A DNA stretch of 64,000 bases from Octopus sinensis (Eukaryota). The stretch spans positions 75,206,001 through 75,270,000 of the forward strand of contig NC_043005.1 of the NCBI RefSeq assembly GCF_006345805.1, given 5' to 3'. The translations under genes were made by a program, and so were the position numbers. Under the pieces are notes generated by a model that did not search any database, was not told the origin of the DNA, and saw only the letters and a program-made list of their open reading frames with translations. Shown here piece by piece: positions 58,991-64,000 of this stretch. How positions within the stretch are numbered: the stretch's first letter is position 1; the number at the start of each line of letters is the position of its first letter.

Positions 58991-60455
58991 CTTATATTGT
59001 TTTTCCATCAAATTTTTTGATATATGCCAAAAAATTATATATCTATATATATATATGTATATGTATATATAAAACAGAGTTTGTGTGTGTGTGTGAATAT
59101 GTTTCTTGTAGATTCAAGAACTGAGTTTCCGATTTTGATGTATGAGGCATCAAAAGATTCAGTAATCTTTCAGCTACCAAATAAAGTATGTTTTTGCACA
59201 ACAACTCTTTTTTACTACAAAAATAACCTTGGAAACAAGGTTGGGTTACACAATTTTGAGGTCTTTGGCTAAGGTGGGGGGCAACTCTGCTTGAATAATC
59301 TTTATGTCTTAGATGGAGCATAATGAGAAATGTTTAAAATGCATGGAGTTTTACCAGGGAATGAAATTTCGAAGATACATCATCAGCTTTATTGATATTA
59401 TATAATCTTTTAATGTGATGTTTGTTTGTCTGTGTTTTGTTTAGCCCAGAGTTGCTGCTGATGTAGCAGACTCATTGCATAGTTTTTTTTTTCCTGAAAT
59501 ACTGTAAATCTATGTCTTTCTTTTGATGAAAGGGTGTGTTTTAAGAGAGGTTTCGCTGCCATTTTAGTAGCTCAAGTTACCACAGAGATGCCACTGTGTG
59601 TGTGTGTGTGTGTATGTGTGTGTTTTTCTCTGTGTGTGTGTGTTTTGTTGTGGTGAAAAAAATAACTTTCTCTCAGAATATTTTGTACAATAGATTTTTA
59701 AGAAATCTGGACGTCTTTCTTATTGCTAACCATTCAACTTCAAATTACAATTGTTAATTGTTGGAAGTCAAGTAGACTGAGATGTACATATATTGTTATC
59801 TTATCGAGTGGAAATTCAATACAAAGTTTTGAACTGATTATCATTTGGTTAGTAAATATGAAGCCATTAAGTCTTTAAACATTATTTTACAGGGTTTAGT
59901 CTTTCGACTGTCGCCATGATGGGACATCACCTTCAAAAATTTGATTGATCATACTGACCTCACCATGTATTTCAATCTGGCATTTATTTTATAGATCTCT
60001 GCTTGATGAATTGCTAACTTTGAGACATAGTGGGACACAATACTCGATTTAACAACAGATATAAACTCACACACACACACATATTAGGTGCAAGAATAAC
60101 TGTGTGGTTGTGAAGTTTGCTTTCCAACCACATGGTTCCATATTCAGTCCCTCTGCATGGTACCTTGGGCAAGTGTTTTCTACTATAGCCCTAGGCCAAA
60201 CACAGACTTGTGACTGAATTTAGTAGACAGAAACTGCAGTATTGTTCATCAGACAATGACTGAAAGGCATGTTTATAAAGAAGAGTTGTTTGCTTCATAC
60301 TCCACATGTGCTGATTCTGCCCATAAGAAAGGAACAAATAATACAATGTGGCTGTAGGTCATAACACCCGGGCAATGACTGGATGCATTGTTAGTATATG
60401 ATATGCATAGTTATATGTGCAGCTGTGTCTGTGTGGTAAGAATCTTGCTTCTCAA

Positions 60456-60847
60456 AAAAGGTGGTGAGCTGGCAGAAACGTTAGCATGCTGGGTGAAATG
60501 CTTAGTGGTATTTCATCTGCCATTATGTTCTGAGTTCAAACTCTGTCGAGGTCTACTTTACCTTTCATCCTTTCAGGGTCGATTAAATAAGTACCAGTTA
60601 TGCACTGGGGTCGATATAATCGACTTAATCCGTTTGTCTGTCCTTGTTCGTCCCATCTGTGTTTAGCCCCTTGTGGGTAGTAAAGAAATAGGTATTTCGT
60701 CTGCCGTTACATTCTGAGTTCGACTTTGCCTTTCATCCTTTTGGGGTTGCTAAATTAAGTACCAGTTACGCACTGGGGTTGATGTAATCGACTTAATGTC
60801 CTCATTTGTCCCCTCTATGTTTAGCCCCTTGTGGGCAGTAAAGAAAT
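60456..60847 (+). mobile_element. Dimeric SINE family B nested in the head of a family A SINE
   Basis: Exact 18-bp TSD aagaatcttgcttctcaa. Confidence 0.88.
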
Positions 60848-61308
60848 AAGAATCTTGCTTCTCAACTATGTGATTCCAGGTTTGGTCCCACTGTATGACA
60901 CCTTGGACTGACCAAAGTATTGTGAGTGAATTTGGTAAACGGAAACTGAAAGAAGCCCGTTGTGTGTGTGTGTTTATTTTTTGTACTAATGTTTGTCCTC
61001 CACCAGTGATGGTGTGTTTACATCCCTGTAACGTAGTGGCTTGACAAAAGAGACTGTTAAAATGTGCCAGGCTTAAAAATACATAAGTACTGGGGTTGAT
61101 TCATTCAACTAAAAATTCTTCAAAGTAGTACTCCAGCATGGCCACAGGCTAATGACTGAAACAAGTAAAAATTTTTTTAAATGGCATGTAATTTAACTTT
61201 ATAAGTAGCAATAAAATGTCACACATTTGTGACCTCTCCAGCAATTCTTCCCATCCACGTGTATCCTCCTGCTCCGCCTAGTCCGTTCTGTCAGGAAGAT
61301 ACACTTTG

Positions 61309-61325
61309 AGGTCACGAAGAGGTCA
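61309..61325 (+). promoter_or_regulatory. Perfect nuclear-receptor DR5 motif (AGGTCA-cgaag-AGGTCA)
   Basis: Exact consensus half-sites inside a CpG-rich 120-bp inverted-repeat element; function untested. Confidence 0.3.
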
Positions 61326-63170
61326 CAGATGTGTGACGAAAGATTTCCTGACAATATACACAAGATAAAAAAAGAACAACAACGTCTTTTACTTGTTTCA
61401 ATCATTGGACTATGGCCATTCTGGCAACAATTCTTCACATACTTTTCAACAGCAACAAGGACAATCACCAGCACCGCCGTCACCACCACGACCACCACCA
61501 CAACAACAACAATAACTGACCCGGCGTCAGCCAGTCCTTAATTCAACCCACAGTTGATGACCGGGTCAGCAGCCAATTCTTCGACAACAATTACAGCTAC
61601 AACAAACACTTTGACCAGCTCTAATTTACCCACATTTTCATATCTGTTTCTCTATTACCCATAAGGGGCTAAACATTAGAGGGGACAAACAAGGACAGAC
61701 AAACGGATTAAGTGGATTATATCGACTCCAGTGCGTAACTGGTACTTAATTTATCGATCCCGAATGGAGGAAAGGCAAAGTCGACCTCGGCGGAATTTGA
61801 ACTCAGAACCACATTTTCATATCACTAGCTACTAAATCAAAAGAAATTCAATTTATTGCATCTTTAGCGACTTCAGATAGTTGCATCTTTATTTCAACTA
61901 TTTCAACTATTTCAACAACACGATGCAGCACGGACTTTGTCAGTGAACAGGTCGCGGATTTTAGCGACGAAAATATTTTGACAAATTAAACTTAAATGTT
62001 GAAGTGAATCGAACGGCTTTTGTGTGTGTTTCTTAAATGGCTTATAAACACCTTCCACGCTGCAATTGTTTTCGTTTCAGCACACGATCTCAGATCAAAT
62101 TACTTGCTATGCGAGTACATCTCCGTATTTCAAAAGTGGATTCTCAGAAATAGTTTCTCGTACGAGTTAACTCCCTCTAATTTAGGTTAGCAATAGTTAT
62201 TTCCCCTTATTTCGATTTGTATTAACGTAAACGTTTTCTGAGAATTGAAATTATTTCAAAAGTGGATAAAACAAATTCTCATACTGGGGTGGAGGGGCTG
62301 AGATTCTAACTGGGGGTGCTGAGCACTCCATAGTCCCCCGCCCGTAGTTACGTGCCTGACGTGTAGCTACGACTTTCACACACGTACAAGCGAGCAGTAC
62401 GACTGGCTCCTTTTACCAAGTTCACTCACAAAGCTATGGCAGAAGAGACTTGACCGAGGCGCCACACCGTGGGTCTGAACCCAAGATACATGGTCGGGAA
62501 CCAAGCATCTTACCCACACAACCATTCCTACGCCTTTTTTTTTTGTCGCAATAACTTCAGAATAAAGAAAATTAATACCTATTGCTGTTTATACTCTTTT
62601 ACTTGTTTCAGTCATTTGACTGTGGCCATGCTGGAACACCGCCATTAGTCGAGCAAATCGACCTCAAGACTTATTCTTTGTAAGCCTAGTACTTATTCTC
62701 ATGTGCCGAACTGCTAAGTTATGGGGACATAAACACACCAGCATCAGTTGTCAAGTGATGTTGGGGGGACAAACACAAACACACAACCATATACACATAT
62801 ACGATGGGCTTCTTTTAGTTTCTGTCTACCAAATCCACTCACAAGGCTTTGGTCGACCCGAGGCTATAGTAGAAAACACTTGCCCAAGGTGCTATGCAGT
62901 GGGACTGAACTTGGAACTATGTGGTTGGTAAGCAGGCTACTTACCAGAGCCACTCCTACGCCTACTTAGCATTGTAAATGTATTTTTTTCAAAATTCTTA
63001 CTATTTTAGAAGGTGCAGGCATGGCTGTGTAGTAAGAAGCATGTTTCCCAATTGCATGGTTCTAGGTTCAGTTCCACTGCATGGCACCTTGGGCAAGTGT
63101 CTTCTACTATAGCCTTGGCTTGACCAAAGCCTTGTGAGTAGATTTGGTAGAGGGAAACTGAAAGAAACTC

Positions 63171-63212
<42 letters not shown>

Positions 63213-63434
63213 TTTATATGTTTGTGTGTCTTTGTGTCTGTGTCTGTCCCTCTACCATGACTTGACAACTGATTGTTGCTGCATGTTTGCATCTCTGTAA
63301 CTTAGCAGTTCAGCAAAAGACACCGATAGAATAAGTACGAGGCTTACAAAAAATAAGTCCTGGGGGTTGATTTGTTTGACTAAGAGCAGTGCTCCAGCAT
63401 GGCCGCAGTCAAACGACTAAAACAAATAAAAGAA

Positions 63435-63640
63435 TTTTATTTACATTTGACAGATTTTTATCCTCATCTTGTTTGTTGTTAACACGACATTTCGGCTGAT
63501 GTACTCTCCAGCCTTCTTCAGGTGTCCTGGGGAAATTTCGAATCTATGGTATTTTTTCCATGTTATTATTATTCAGGTCACTGCTTAAGATGGAATTGAA
63601 CTCGGAATCTTGGGGTTAGTAGCCTGCGCTCTTAGCCCAT
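63435..63640 (-). mobile_element. Family E single copy
   Basis: Truncated tRNA head, (AAT)n, hammerhead motif, conserved tail. Confidence 0.85.
63481..63527 (-). ncRNA. Minimal type-I hammerhead ribozyme motif
   Basis: GACAC-CUGAAGA-A-GGCUG(10 nt)CAGCC-GAAA-UG-UC-GUGUU: stems I and II, conserved core and GUC triplet present. Confidence 0.7.
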
Positions 63641-64000
63641 GTTTCATTTATGCCCCAGTAAATAATGATAAAAAATTAAGAATAAACAATATAATAATTA
63701 AAATAAGCATGTAGATCACATAAATTTAGCAGCCAACATCTTAAGGGTTTTTAAGACATTGAAAAGTAAACTAACAACTAATAAAAGGAACCTCCCTTTA
63801 AATTGTAGATCACATACCAAAGTAGCACCACTTACTCTATGGGTCTCTTTTGTCACGCTGTATCTTCCTGAGACTCAGGGTGTGTCTGTGGAGTACTCAG
63901 CAACATTCACGTGTAGGATATTCCATTCCATTCCATTGATCAACTGATAACCTTGTCATAACTGACGGAATGCCAGAAAAAGTAAAATGCATGGCTTCTT

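Noticed and set aside
62280-62360. GC-rich patch as promoter of a downstream gene
   Set aside because: Looks like a MITE terminus (gggggtgctgagcac...tagttacgtgcctg), and no downstream exon was found in the window.

Overview
AT-rich eukaryotic intron/exon DNA; the SINE families point to an Octopus-type cephalopod genome (inference from recalled repeat families). The + strand carries the 3' part of one large secreted gel-forming-type gene (SCO-spondin/hemocytin/VWF-mucin superfamily). I can thread 36-37 exons with continuous splice phase from 356 to 56207 (about 1,700 aa; the 5' end lies upstream of the window). Architecture: six near-identical three-exon units (Thr-rich micro-exon linker + divergent F5/8-type-C/discoidin-like domain), a seventh diverged unit, spacer exons, an unrecognised Cys module, then TSP1-TSP1-TIL-VWC-like-TSP1-VWC-like-TSP1-TIL-VWC-CTCK. 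The introns are packed with tRNA-derived SINEs, hAT and Tc1/pogo MITEs, Helitron-type elements, a mariner fossil and a young LINE fragment. Most unusual: (1) a tRNA-headed SINE family containing a minimal type-I hammerhead ribozyme motif, which inserts as head-to-head palindromes; (2) two further short fold-back families with hammerhead-like folds, one with 14-16 bp target-site duplications, suggesting several non-autonomous Penelope-like ribozyme retroelements; (3) exon-confined homogenisation of the discoidin array, with an odd cysteine in each repeat. All alignments and counts were done by eye.
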